Assembly: GCA_965153455.1 (NCBI GenBank)
Contig: OZ234493.1
Coordinates: 7,864,213-7,928,212, forward strand
DNA from: Sphagnum compactum
Taxonomy: Eukaryota
Direction: 5' to 3'
Length of the DNA stretch: 64,000 nucleotides
The position numbers were made by a program, and so were the translations under genes. Positions 14,967 through 28,015 of this stretch are shown here, piece after piece. Positions within the stretch are counted from its first letter, which is position 1; each line of letters opens with the position of its first letter. Under the pieces are notes generated by a model. The model was not told the origin of the DNA, ran no database searches, and was given only the letters and a program-made list of their open reading frames with translations.

Positions 14967-15829
14967 TATATATATATATAGCCATGTTTAGTTCCAGGGT
15001 AAGGGGTACCTATTGCAAAAGGGAGGCTTGGATTCCCCAGAATGTATGGAGGTTGTTTGTCTTTGGTCAGATCTTGTGCTAAAAGGACAAAAAAGTGTGG
15101 ATACGAGGAGGAATAAAAGATCTCTTGTATCATCCCGGTCCTGAAGGCTGAAGTAATAAGATTTCGAGCATCTCCGCCAACAATGGCAAACAACAACAAC
15201 CCTTTTGATTTACTCTTCTTGCAGCTATCAGGATAGCGCAATTCCTGCTTTGCTGGTCTTCTTCTTCGGTATTGATGGTCCATTTTGCAGTGGTCATTTT
15301 AACCCCTTCAAAAGCTTTTTTTTCCTACTATGGTTTTGGACAGTGATCATTAAACGGTATTCTATTCTAAAATAAAGGAGTTGTTTGCCAGTGTGGGGGT
15401 GGAGATGCTCTTAGAATATACTTTATTGGTTCTGCCCCCTCACAGACATAGCCATGCATTCAAAAATCATCTAAAATTGCAAAACTTATTTATAAACACA
15501 CTGCAGATTTGGGAAATGTGTCTTGTATTTCATTAAACTTCTTCTTCTTCTTCTTCTTCTTCTTCTGGTTGTTTGATGCCTTTCTTCAGGCTGCAATAAA
15601 AAAGGCCTCAAACCCATAATGGATGTGCACATTGCTCTCTCAAGTATTGATCATCTGTCACTAGATTAACAACTCTCTAAATAATTAATTAGTTTGTTAT
15701 GTTAATATGTTGCACCACCCCTCACCCATTTCATAAAGACCTGTGGAAATCATTTTAGTGTATTCAATGGCATAATTCTAACACTAAAATTTCACTTGGG
15801 AGAGGTTTGAAAGGCATTCTGTTTAATGG

Positions 15830-15831
<2 letters not shown>

Positions 15832-15866
<35 letters not shown>

Positions 15867-15888
15867 TCTCTCTCTCTCTCTCTCTCTC
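15832..15888. repeat. Compound (GT)n(CT)n microsatellite
   Basis: Read directly. Other simple repeats nearby are (CTT)n ~15538..15566, (CT)n ~16141..16175, (GAA)n ~16848..16874 and (CCT)n ~16953..16981. Confidence 0.95.
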
Positions 15889-16135
15889 ATCTTTCCATCT
15901 CCCAGTTTTTGGAGGCATCTTCTGTTTTCTCACAAATTTTAACAGGTCTGTACATGGGTAAGGCCCTCACTCAAAGACATTACCAGAAGCACGTGCATAT
16001 GCAACTACCGCCTCATGCAAAGCCCTTCTTCAGCAAATGCCCTTGACCTCCGGCCTTACCCTACACGGATGTTTGTAGTTGTTGTCTTGATACATGTGCC
16101 TCCAATTCATTTTTCTCATATACCCATATCACTCC

Positions 16136-16179
<44 letters not shown>

Positions 16180-17087
16180 TAGTTCCTCTCTTCCTTTTTA
16201 ATTGCTTTGATCATCTCTTGTTCAGTTCTACCAAGTGTTGATGGTAAGAGAGAGGCAAAGAGTAGTATTTGACATGTCCTCTTTCTCTACATAATGCTTG
16301 CAATAAAGCCCTCTCTCAGTTGAGGAGTGTGATCCAATAGTTGCAGCGGGTTTGTGAGAGTTTGGCAGAAGAAGTACATCACAAGTGCTTAAGGGTTCGA
16401 AAACTAAAAGCACTACCAAAAACTTCACAATGTACATAACATTTGGTTTGGGAGCATCCTGTTCTCCCTTGATGAATCATACATATGTTGATCGAGTTGA
16501 ATCTTGGTTGATTCTTCCAACAAACTATGCTAAAAATAGAATTCAGTGGCACCCAAAACAAGCTGACCACTACTACATGTCCCACTACTTAGTGTATAAT
16601 ACTGTCCAGATCCACATCATGACTACAGTCATCTTCCCATTTGATCAAAAGGATGCTTCAACTAGAACGCATCCAGAATTTATTCAAACACAAAAAATTT
16701 GTTTTCCACAACACTTTGAAGAGAACATTACAATGAGTATTGCATCAATCATATCCTTATGAGAATCACTCACAAAGTGTCAGACCACCATCACGAAGAG
16801 AAGAAGAAGCTTGAAGACGAAGACGGTTTAGGGTTAGGGCTAAACACGAAGAAGAAGAAGAAGAAGAAGAAGAAGGTGTGAACATGGTTGGTTTTGTTTC
16901 TTTTTGTTGTTGTGCGCACAATCGCCAACAACGGTTGTGTTTCCGTGTATCTCCTCCTCCTCCTCCTCCTCCTCCTCCTCCCACGCTGCTCCTCTTCTTG
17001 TGTTTCTTTCCAGCCAGGGTAACAGGAAGGAGGGAAGGAAGGAAGAGGAGGGGGTGTGCACTACTCTTGTGTCTTGGAGCAACAACC

Positions 17088-18439
17088 ATGGCTGGTGATC
17101 ATGGCAATGTGCATGTGGTGAACAGCAAGCAGCTCTGGGAGACGAAGGTCGAGGATGCCAAGAGCCGTGGCAAAATTGTGAGCGAATCTCTTCTGTCTCT
17201 CTCTCTCTCTCTCTCTCAATCCAATTTTCAACTCCCTGTTCTTGTCATATATATGTCTTCTGACAAGAAAACAAACTTGTGGCAAGAAGAAAAAGAAGTC
17301 TGAAGAGTACCTAGTGACAATTGCCTTCTTCTCATTTTGTTCTGGTTCTCAAACATACAATGATACAACTACTGTTGTCCACAGATTGTGGTAGACTTCA
17401 CAGCAACTTGGTGTGGACCATGCCGGCTTATGGCTCCAGTTTTCTCAGACCTGAGCAAGAAATATGACATTCTCATCTTCCTCAAGGTTGATGTTGATGA
17501 AGTCCAGGTGAGATTCTTCTTCTTCTTTCTGAACTTCTTCTTATTCTTCAATATCCATGATCACAGACAAGCAGGCATTGCCTTGCTAACTCTGATTTCA
17601 ACCATGACCTCTTCTTCAACACAGCCTCTTCTTCTTCTTCTTCTATTATTTTCCAGAACTTCTTCTTTTTTGTACTTTGTGACATGAGGACTGAAACAAT
17701 TTTACACATCCAACTTTTGGAAGTGCACTGCTGCAAGGTGCATCAGATCAAAGAGAACCAAATGCTTCTGAGACATGTGCATCAGATTCTTACATGTTGG
17801 ATGCACACAGTTTGTTGCCACCGCCACTCCCATCTTCTGTTTTTTGCAAGGTGCATCAGATTAAGAAAATTCAAATGCTTCTCAGACATGTGCATCAGTT
17901 TCTCACATCATGTTGTTTGTTTCTGCAAAGTTTGTTGGACCGCATGTTTCTGATCACCACCACCATCTTCTGTTCTTTGCAACATGCATCAGAATCAAAT
18001 GCTTCTCTCAGACATGTGCATCAGATTCTCACATGTTTGTTTCTGCCAAGTTTGTTGAACCACATGTTAGTCACCACTGCCATCTTCTGGTGTCCAATTG
18101 CAAAAACATATGCAAGAATGTATAAGCTATTATTTTTTAAGTGAAAGGGGTTTCATTTGTGTGTGTGTGTGTGTGTGTTAGGAGAAGGTCGATTCCTTTC
18201 CTTAGCTGGTGGTGCAAATGCTGTGGGTTTTGTTTGTGTGTGTGTGTGTTAAACTAGTAGTCAAATTTCCAAGAAGCAATTTGGCTACCATTGTGCAGGA
18301 GGTGACTACTGAGTGGGAGATTCGAGCAATGCCAACCTTCTTGTTCATCAAGGATGGGAAGCAGATTGACAAGATTGTTGGAGCAAACAAGGCAGATCTG
18401 GAGAAGAAATGCCACTATTATGCAACAAATCAATCGTAG
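17088..18439 (+). CDS. TRXH: h-type (cytosolic) thioredoxin, 3 coding exons: 17088..17177, 17385..17507, 18299..18439; 117 aa
   Basis: ATG in context aacaaccATGg. Spliced translation is [117 protein letters not shown]. It has the WCGPC active site plus the KVDVDE and AMPTF motifs. Both phase-0 introns are GT..AG (17178 gtgagc..cag 17384; 17508 gtgaga..cag 18298), matching the typical plant Trx-h exon layout. Confidence 0.95.
17731..18089. repeat. Three diverged ~115-130-bp tandem repeats in intron 2 of the thioredoxin gene
   Basis: The pattern tgcatcaga..caaatgcttct..agacatgtgcatcag..agtttgttg..ccatcttctg occurs three times. Confidence 0.85.
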
Positions 18440-21400
18440 GGCATGCTTGTTTGTTAATTGTTTTGTGGTGGATCATATGTGAACACATCTCACAAATTAT
18501 ACACCAAAGAATCTCATCATTGTCTTTCATCATGGCGATTCATTGGCAGAGAGAGATTGAAAACTTGGCTTTCTGTTGAGCAGTTTTTTTTGCTCTGTGT
18601 GTGTGTGTGGGTATGTACGTAAGGGATACTACTCTTGCAGCACTTTTCTTGATTCACAGTTTGTGTTTTTTTTGGTTTTGTTTTACATTCATGCTTTTGT
18701 CTCTCTGTCTTTGTTCAAACATTTTTTGTGTGGCTTACAGGGGTATCGACTTACATGCTTCAAAGCATGTCTCATCCTCCCCCAGTCGCTGTCACATTTG
18801 TTGAGAAGAGAACTGGCCAACCCTGCATTTGCTGGAATGGTTTGAGCCATGATGGTATGGAAATAGGTAGTTGGTTGTTTGAGGAAAGCATCTTCTTTCC
18901 TGTTATGGTGGAAGCCATGAATTGGGGACCAGAACTTCTTTGCAGGGCAACAAGACTAAAGATTGCTCAGTATTCTTGCTTTTATGTACATTGGAATTTT
19001 TTAAAAATTCGGCATTTTCTTGGATTGCTTGCTGAGAGTATGGTGAAGTTTCTTAGACTTCAAAGTGCAAGTGCAATTGTGATTCATGTTGGTGTATTTA
19101 TACACTTCAATGTGACTTTCATGTGGATTGAAAGAGCTGAATTTAGTCACCAAATGTGCACCAATCTGCTTCAGCAGGCCACTCTTAGATCTGATCTGAT
19201 AGATGCAGTGTTCTCAGGTGGAATGGCTTTCCTTCCAGATCCCAATCTGTCTTGACTTCATCCTTTGAGGAGATTATTATGGGCCCAATCTTATGTAGCT
19301 TTGGGCTCTTGTAGCTCATTCCTCTCTATCCAATCTGTGTTGGTTTTCTGCAGCAAGATCAAGACAGCACTGGTGGTGATGACACCTTCACCGATTTTTA
19401 TTATTGGTAATGCTGCTTAAAGTTTGTTAGAATCATTCACCTCTTACTTGAGCATGTGCAGCTTCCAGACAAGCTTTGGAACCTGAACACCCAGTATTCA
19501 ATCTGCTATCAAATGGGTGGCTCGCGGATTCAAATTATTCTCCTTTAATTTGATCTCTCATATCAAGCTTCAGTAAAGAGATGTGGGATGATGATTTCCA
19601 GACATTCAGATAACTATTTTCCTGCAGATAAGTTGTGTAGATATGGTTCTTCTGAACTGCCGGTGTGTGCAGACTCGAGTCTGGAAAATTCAATTTGTTC
19701 TTCCTTGTACTTCCCTTGGGTTTGTTGAAGTTTTCTTTAGAGAAACTTAGTATCAGATTGTACTTAGTCAAAGATTCTACTGGTGATTACAAGAGCAAGA
19801 TGATAAAAGGGAGACAAATGAAGGTTGCTGTCTTCACCTAGACGAACTGCAAGTTGTAGTTTTGGGAAGTACCAGAAAACTGAGAGAGAGTGATGACTTA
19901 CTTGACAAATTTATGCTTCAGAAGAGAGATGTGCATCATTTGCCCAGGTTGGAGCTCCAGGGCCATGGAGTCTAGAGTCACAACAAATGCTAAAAATGCG
20001 TCAAAGAGAGTGAAGGAGAAACCACAGCTGGATGGGTGGGAAACATTCAGCTTGTGAAGGGGGCAGGCGCATCAAAATTTATTGCATTCCAATAGCCATT
20101 GCCTCCCAAAGAGTCTTCAGCTACAAATGTCAAGGTGAGCTGACTACCAATTCAAGATACTCCATTCACAACATTACACCTGAGATCTTGCATTGATCTT
20201 GCATTTGCACCTGAGAAGAAACATGAATTGACATCAACACAAGATCTTGAGTTTAGCAAACAGAAATCAAAACCTTCCATTGATGTCAATTTTTGTGTTT
20301 TGAGACGCAGATTTGTCCAATTTCTTAGTGTTTACCTGAAGTTTTAGCTTTGCAATCATGCTGGCCTCCATAAGATGACTCTCCATACATGATGGGTAAA
20401 TTGCTGCTTCAGCTGACTGATTCTTGGGCTGTCTGCAAATGGGTTCACTCTTTCTTGGGCATTTGGAAGACATGAGTAGAGTTCTCGCATGAATCCTTGG
20501 AGTTCTCCTCTAAATCATTTCAATCAATCCACATGCATATGGGGTGAATTGTTGTCAAACTGGTAGCGGAGTGACACCATAACAATTGATATAACAGAAC
20601 ATACAGTGTTGCAAGTGTGTTTACATACCATGCAACTTTTGAATAGTAACACTATGATATACGAATAGTTAATTTTAAGTGTGAAGCAAAAATCACAATG
20701 CAATTTGAAGATAGTTTCACTTTTCTGGACGCACCAACATTACATGGAATCTTTTTCATTTTTGAAGCTACCCAATATATAACCCATTCGGAGCTATCAA
20801 GTTTGGTATTTAGCAATAGAAGGTGAATAAATTTGAGCATTATTTAAGCATTATTGGCCAATCTAAAGATGACACATTGGCTTGCCAATACAACCTCAAG
20901 ATTCCATGTTAGAACTTTCAGGGTGCACCCCCAGTTCATTAATTTGTGAATGTACACATATGGCATCCACAAAGCCATTACAAATAGTGAACACTTTATT
21001 TGTTTCCATTTGGGAAAATCAACTAAAACTAAAAAATGGCTTTAATATTCCATAAACAAAGTGAATAGCATGTGCATTACAAGGCAAGTAAGTGGACCAA
21101 CAATATGCTCAGATGGTGGCCCTTCATCAACTTATTGTGTTGACCAAGTATAATCAATTTATTGGTGTTACGTCTACCTTAAACCTTTAATATAAATTAC
21201 ATTCTCTTTGACATCTTATTAAGTGAGCATGTTAAAGATTAATACTTATTATGTCTTTTGTACATATGTTATATTTACTCCATTTTTTTCTAATACCCAA
21301 TATTAATGCATATCCTATAGTTGTTTTTGGATTTTGAAAATGAACATAATCTGAGTTATTTGGTATTGATGTCTTGCTTCCTTTGGACGAAGTTGAGCTG

Positions 21401-24400
21401 ACACTTCATTAAAGGTAGGCAATTGAATCTGAACAACTAAAATTCAGGAAAATGTATTCATAGCTAAATGATAGAGTGTTGATCATTCATTTTGCAATTT
21501 TTTTGGTGTTAGGTGTTGCTTGATCAATGCTTACTAGTTTGTATTATATCTTTTGAATTTTGTGAAAGCACTTCATCCCTAAAACTCCATCAATGAATTG
21601 TATTGTTACAAGCTTGTCTTCTAACATAAGCCTTGTTGCATTGTTTATGGTTTGGAATTGTTCTAAAAGGCATTTTCACACTTCTCATGGACCTCATAAA
21701 CCTACATTTATTAGATACACAATTTTTTTGCATAGTCAAAATGATTGTGGTTAATGCATTCACTTTTTGCCATTAAGATATCTCGTGTTGAACTACATCT
21801 AGATTCTAAGGGTATCAAATTAATAGTGCTTGGATCCGTGAACCTCCATTGATTATCTTACATGAACATGTTCTCCACTCTAAATTATTTCCATGAATTA
21901 AGGTTTGAAATTTCTCCTAATTTATTGACTTCTATTACTAGGTTAAGACTAAACATGCTAATATAAGACTAATCTAACAACATGGACCAAGTTTGAACAA
22001 ACTTAACAAAGGAAACAAAATGGCTTGTTAAAAAAATCATTTTCTTCATGTGGATGTATTCGTGAAATTATTGTGAAAGATAAAACCACATTAATAGGAA
22101 TGAACAACAACCCTCTAAATCATTGTGACTAGTCCTAACAAGTTGATGTGGTAACACGAAATTTGTCAAAAAGTGTTGAAACAATGTTAAAACAGTTTTT
22201 TACATATTTCACTCTGTTGAAAAACGTTGGTTCCGAACTTTGAAACATGTTGTTCAATGTTTTTTATATTCATTGGATTACTTTCAGACTTATCCAAATG
22301 TTATATTGATATATTAAAAAGGGCGTTATACAAGTAAAACACAACATTTCAACATTCAATTAGTTTATAAAACTTGTAAACATTTTAAATAAAAAATCAT
22401 TTTAATCAATTTGGGCATTGATTATGCCCAAATTGACTCCTTTCAATGCGTTTTTACCTTGAAAGATTATTTTCTATTGCCATTAAGGGCCATTTTTAAA
22501 AACTCGTCCAAATTCAAGGACTTGGAAACTTTGTAATCGATTAATACATGTTTGACTTAAAAGATGGTTTATTACAACATAATGGATTAATTTTCTCCTT
22601 GATAGCCCAACTCAATTTCAAATTCTAAAAACCAAGTGTCATGGATACAATTTAACAAAAAGAAAAAAGAAACTAAAAGAAATAACATGATACTAATAAG
22701 AATTTGGTTTTTAAATGTAATATACCATGAAACCTATACAATTTGAAATGTATCGTTTAATTAAATTATAAATAAAAGATTTAATGACTTATATACATAA
22801 TGTGTTAAAAGATAGCCCACTAACAATTAATACATATTGTAGCCATGATTGATAATCAACAGATTTTTGCAAAATAATTAATTTTTTGAAAATAAGTTCC
22901 AACAACCCCAATCTGAATATTCCATAATTTTGACAATAATTAATAAAGACACTAAGTCCCCTACTTGTTGATCATGAAGATGAGAATATCTCACTAATTT
23001 GGACCCATACGAATATGGGGAAGGTTTAGAGTTTAATGCCCTAAAATCTTCAACACTATAAAATCAGGATTTTTTATTAAAGCTAACCTTCTTGGAATTT
23101 AATGTACATTGAAAATTAGTAGTAGGTACAATAGTTGTTTCTTGAAAAGCCCCCTAACGGATTTTCAAATAAAAAGTGGTTTCTAGAGTTTTCAAAGGTC
23201 AAGAACCATTGAACTACAAATATGATTATAAAAGTAAACAATAGACCTTGGTAACAATGCAGCCCTCAAGTCTAAGGGGAAGTGTCGAAGTTGTTCTTGG
23301 CTCCAAAACAAGTACTAGATAAATACATTATTGGAGGGTCTAAATTATCTTTGTAGGCCCTTTATAATTAACATTTAAAACCAATAATTTGATTTAAACT
23401 ATAAATTTATTATACCAAGGTTGTCTTTTTAATGTCTCATAAAGTGAACATAAAGGTCAAGAATCATTAACCTACAAGTGTGTTGCATAGGGCATTTACT
23501 TGATATCTTAAAAAACCAAATATTTTTCCAAAATTCAAAAATCAATCATCAATACATGATGTAAACAAGGGTGTATCTTTTATGTTGCAAAAGGTCACCT
23601 AGTAACTCCAAACTTTAAAGGTCAAGGGGGCCTCCAAGAAGTTGCACTATGACCTCCATTAAGCAACAATAATTTACAAACTATATTATGTCATTAATCA
23701 TTGTAATTAACATATTATGGTGTTATCTATGTTGTCCATTATAGTGTGTTCACTAATACATTAATTTCATGCCACTTTTGTCATGATCACTAGCCCAAGC
23801 TAAATCATATATCTTGATATTTAAGATTATTGTATAATTTTATTTGATCCATATTAGATATACTAAAATACTTCACATGATAATTCATGTAGTGAAATTT
23901 GTTGTTCATGGATGAAATTATCCATCATCACCAAATTCATCATTCATGAATTAGGTTCATCCATAAATTTTAATTGTTCATGCTTAATGAATCAAGTTCA
24001 TCACTAGGGTTCACCTATCATGCATAATAGATATTTATGAAATTGTTTAAAAAGATTCCTTGGATGCTAGCCAATATGAAAGTTTATAAGGAAGTTCATT
24101 TAACTTCCATGAAATCTATAACTATCGATAGTCTCACTTATTAGTTGTATTATGATGAACATTAGTTGAAATATAACTTTGCATCATGATCTTGTTCATT
24201 CCATTTTATGTTCCAATTTTTCATGTTATGATCATTTGCATTCTTATATGTGTTCACTTTGTGTGGATGGTGGGAATTAAGGTGATGCATGTTTTGTTGT
24301 AGCTTGTGATAACCCTCATGTTCATTGTGTATACTTTTCATTGTGATAGTTTTCATGCTCATGACAACTTTAGAGTAAATAACACAATGAAATTGGTTTT

Positions 24401-24527
24401 ACATATGATCACACACATGAATTTTTTCAACCATTGGAAAACATGTTTTCAACAAGACAGCTTCCAATTTTGAAATAGTTGAAGTAGCATCATATAGCCC
24501 TTGGGTGAATCAACACTTACATTGGTA

Positions 24528-24839
24528 CTAGTGGGTACCTGTGACGTTCGGACACAATCCGCCCGTGCCGAGCCCGCCCGTGCCGTGCCCAGCCCATCCG
24601 TGCTCAGCCCGTGCCCAGTCCGCCCGTGCCCGTGCCCAGTCCGTGCCCAGTCCGCCCATGCCGTGCCCGCCCGTGCCCAGTCCGTCCGTTCCGTGCCCCT
24701 CTCTCGGGCCCAGCCCGCCCGTGCTCGTGCTCAGTCCGTGCCCAGTCCCGTGCCCAATCTGTGCCCAATCCCGCCCGTGCCCGTGCCCAGTTCCCGCCCG
24801 TGCCCAAGACAGACGGGCTTACTGAATTAATATATATGA
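24528..24839 (-). mobile_element. Non-autonomous Helitron (312 bp), same 5' family as 9489..9856
   Basis: The minus strand reads A|TCATATATATTAATTCAGTAAGCCCGTCTGTC...CACAGGTACCCACTAG|T. The interior consists of CCCGTG/GCCCAGT GC-rich repeats. Confidence 0.8.
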
Positions 24840-27139
24840 TTGTGTAACAAAAGAGTTAAATATCATGTCCCAAGATTAAAGTAAAATCTTTAATTTGAAA
24901 TTTAACATTTCTTCAATTAAAGGTAACCACTTTTTAAACCTAATTCAAGAAGGTGAAGGTAGTAATATGGATGTTGGCTCACCTTGGCTGGGGTCTTGTA
25001 ATTCATTCCTTCACTATATTTGGAATATTTTACTACTTGCCTAACAAAATGGATTGCTTTGGTGCGTATGTGCATTCATGGTTTTGTTTGCTAATCCAAC
25101 GTGTTAAGAACAGTACAAGGAAATATAGGTGCAATAAACTAAACAATTTACTTATTTTCAAATAACAAAAAGATCATTCAATATAATGAATTCATAAATT
25201 AGAACAACGAACAAATGTGTGATGAGCAAATTGGGACCAATAATACTGACCAATTGAAATATGATACCATTTGTTCATGTGTACATTGTTCAATATTAGA
25301 TGTGCATGTTGTTCACATGGACATTGTTCATTTTTTAAATAAGCATATTAATCATTATTATTAATATTAAAAAATTGAACAATCTTTTAATTCATCCATA
25401 ATATTATGGGAATATTTAAAAAGTAGAGCCAAATTTTAATTCACCCATAAATTTTTCAAGATGTTTTATCAAAAGTTAATTTTACTTAATCCACAATCTA
25501 TTGCCTTATCCAATTAACTACCTATTTTAAGCATTACATTTCTAATAAATGGAAACATTCATTAGCCTTTTTTAAAGGAATTAACTAGCATTAATGAAAG
25601 CTTGCCATATTCTTTAAAATGAACTTGGAGAGATTGCAATAGCCTAAGAAAAGCTAATGGACGGTTTAGCAACCCAAGAATGCTTCACAAAACATGGGAA
25701 GAAGCCATAGGTACTTGAACCTCTCATAGACCTGAACATTCATGGGTTTTTTGAAAAGTTTTTTTTTCACAAGGTTAGGTTGACATCAATGTTGTATTAG
25801 TATATCTTTTACCCAGATATACTCACCAGGTATGGGTAAGGTATATCACTTACCTTAACTTATTTTCTTAAAACTAATACACCCTAATGAAACACATACT
25901 CGAAATATATACATATGAAAAAAAAATACTATTAATACCATTGGGTTGTATGTAAGATATACCCATAAAATTAAAGTAAAAAATAAAGAATAATTTTCAT
26001 TATATTTTTAAAACTTCCTATAATTTTGAAGTGTGAACATTTATTATTCTTATGAAATAAATTAAAAATACATACTCATTTTCTTACCCCAACCCTAAAC
26101 CTCTCGTGGATAGTCGCCAAACCCACCCAACTCACAAAATTGGGGGAAAAACCAAGCTCAAAGACCCTAATTTAGACTTATGATGAACTATCTACTATAT
26201 TCCTAAGCAACCCTAAACAATCAAATTTTGGGCTTTTACCATGGTACCAATGTAGGTGCCAGTTCACCCAATGCTAAAGTCGTTCATCACATATTATTTA
26301 AAGGGTATTTTTCTTGGGTTTACTCTTAGTTTGCATCTTGGTTCTTCAAATCATGAGCTCTCCTTTTGCGCTCTTCTTTTGCGCTCTTTTTTGGTCCCAA
26401 CCAATTGGTGTTCTTACAAAATGGTGCCATGTAAATTTAGCTTCAATTTGCCACTTTTTGGTCTTGGACCTTCATTTAAAGGCCATGGGTCCAATCTATG
26501 GCTCTTAGCCAATAGGATTGTTCTATTTCATTGGACCCTGGACCTTGGACTTTCATTTAAACTGACCTTAAATCGTATAAGATCCCTCTCTTTTAAGGAG
26601 TAGGTGTAAGTATCATCCTGCTCCTATGCCTTAAGATTGATGTATGGTTAGTTTCATGCTACCCTTTACCTTATGTTTTACCATTGGTAAAGCCCACTGA
26701 TGAGGGGTATTCTCAAAAATGCAAGGCTAGACTTGGCTATTACTTCCACCTAGGTCACTTGCTTTAGGCATGACCCCATTCTAGGGCAATACTTTAGCCA
26801 TAACCTAGTCTTTGTGGATCATTCTAGAGCATCTGATCTATATGTTGGCTAATGTGAACCAACAGCCACCAATGCACCAATTGACTATTCTGTTTATGGG
26901 ATGGGCTACATATTTTCATCCAGCCTCAGTAAGTCAACTTTTTTTGGTTTTGACCTATGAAGTTTTTTTTGGAGTTGTTTTTTTCTCAACCTTGACCTCC
27001 ATACTGCCTTCCCACCTAGTTACCTTACTGACCTAGCTATCTTATTGACCTAGCTACCCTACAAACTGACATTTTAGCCCTACTTACCAACTAACAACCA
27101 ACCCCGCCCTACCTACCTACCTACCTTTTAATATTTCAC

Positions 27140-28015
27140 TGGCTAGGTTTTTACCTTGTAAGCAAAAGCTTTTATTTCTTCTTGGCTAAACCTTTACTTC
27201 TTGACAAAACTTATATCTCTTTATGGCTAAACCTTTATCTTTTTGCAAACTTTTTATTTATTGGGTAAATTTATTTTTTCTCTACATTTTGATAAAACTT
27301 TTATCTTTCCCTAGCTATATTCTATTTTTCAACAAAATATTTTTACTTCCAAGCTAAACATTAACTCTCAACAAACCTATTTGCTTCCTAATTAAACTTT
27401 TGTCTATTGGCAAAACGTCTTTATTTCTTGGTTAAACCTCGACCTCTTAATTATTCTTAGTTAAATTTTTGCCTATCAATAAAACCTCTTTATTTATTGG
27501 GTAAACCATTGCCTCTCAATAAAACCTTTGCCTGTTATTGGCTAAACCCATATCTTTTAGCAAAATTAATTTTTTACTTAATTAAATTTCCACCTTTTGG
27601 CAAACCCTCTACCTTTTGACAAAACCAATATATTTTCTTGGTTAAACTTCTACCTTTTGACAAAACCTTTTTACTTATTGACTAAACCACTACCTTTCGG
27701 TAAAACCTTTATATATTTCCTAGTTAAACCCTTATTTTTTGACAAAACTCATTTTTTTCTTAGTTAAGTTTCCACCTCTTAACAAAACCCCTTTAGTTCT
27801 TGGTTAAACCTTCACCTCTTAGCAAACCAACATCTTTTCTTGGCTAAATCTTTATATCTTGGCAAAATTAATATATATTTATGGTTAAACTTTCACCTTT
27901 CATCGAAACCTTTTTATTTCTTAATTAAACTTTCAACCAAACCAATATGTTTTCTTAGTTAAACTTCTACCTTTTGACAACACCTTTTTTTTTGGCTAAA
28001 TCACTACCTTTTTGG
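27140..28015. repeat. Degenerate ~38-bp tandem array (>20 copies)
   Basis: Units resembling TTCTTGG(C/T)TAAAC(C/T)T..ACCTTTTGACAAAAC recur throughout. Confidence 0.8.

Noticed and set aside
14957-15283. 108-aa minus-strand ATG ORF
   Set aside because: No recognisable domain, it runs into a TA microsatellite, and there is no splice or homology support.
16766-17303. Poly-Pro/Gly/Ser/Glu ORFs, including a 141-aa N-terminal extension of thioredoxin exon 1
   Set aside because: They derive from (GAA)n and (CCT)n microsatellites in the promoter/5' UTR. ATG 17088 has good context and gives a normal-length Trx-h. The upstream in-frame start listed in the ORF track is GTG, although an in-frame ATG at 16884 cannot be excluded without transcript data.
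18728-19255. Longest ORF in the track (175 aa)
   Set aside because: It has a non-ATG start in the thioredoxin 3' region, no recognisable motif and a composition typical of non-coding DNA.
24501-24847. Pro/Arg/Val-rich ORFs in four frames
   Set aside because: They are an artefact of the stop-poor GC repeats inside a Helitron.
27140-28015. Interstitial telomere (TAAACCC-like cores)
   Set aside because: The cores are isolated within ~38-bp units and are not tandem CCCTAAA heptamers.
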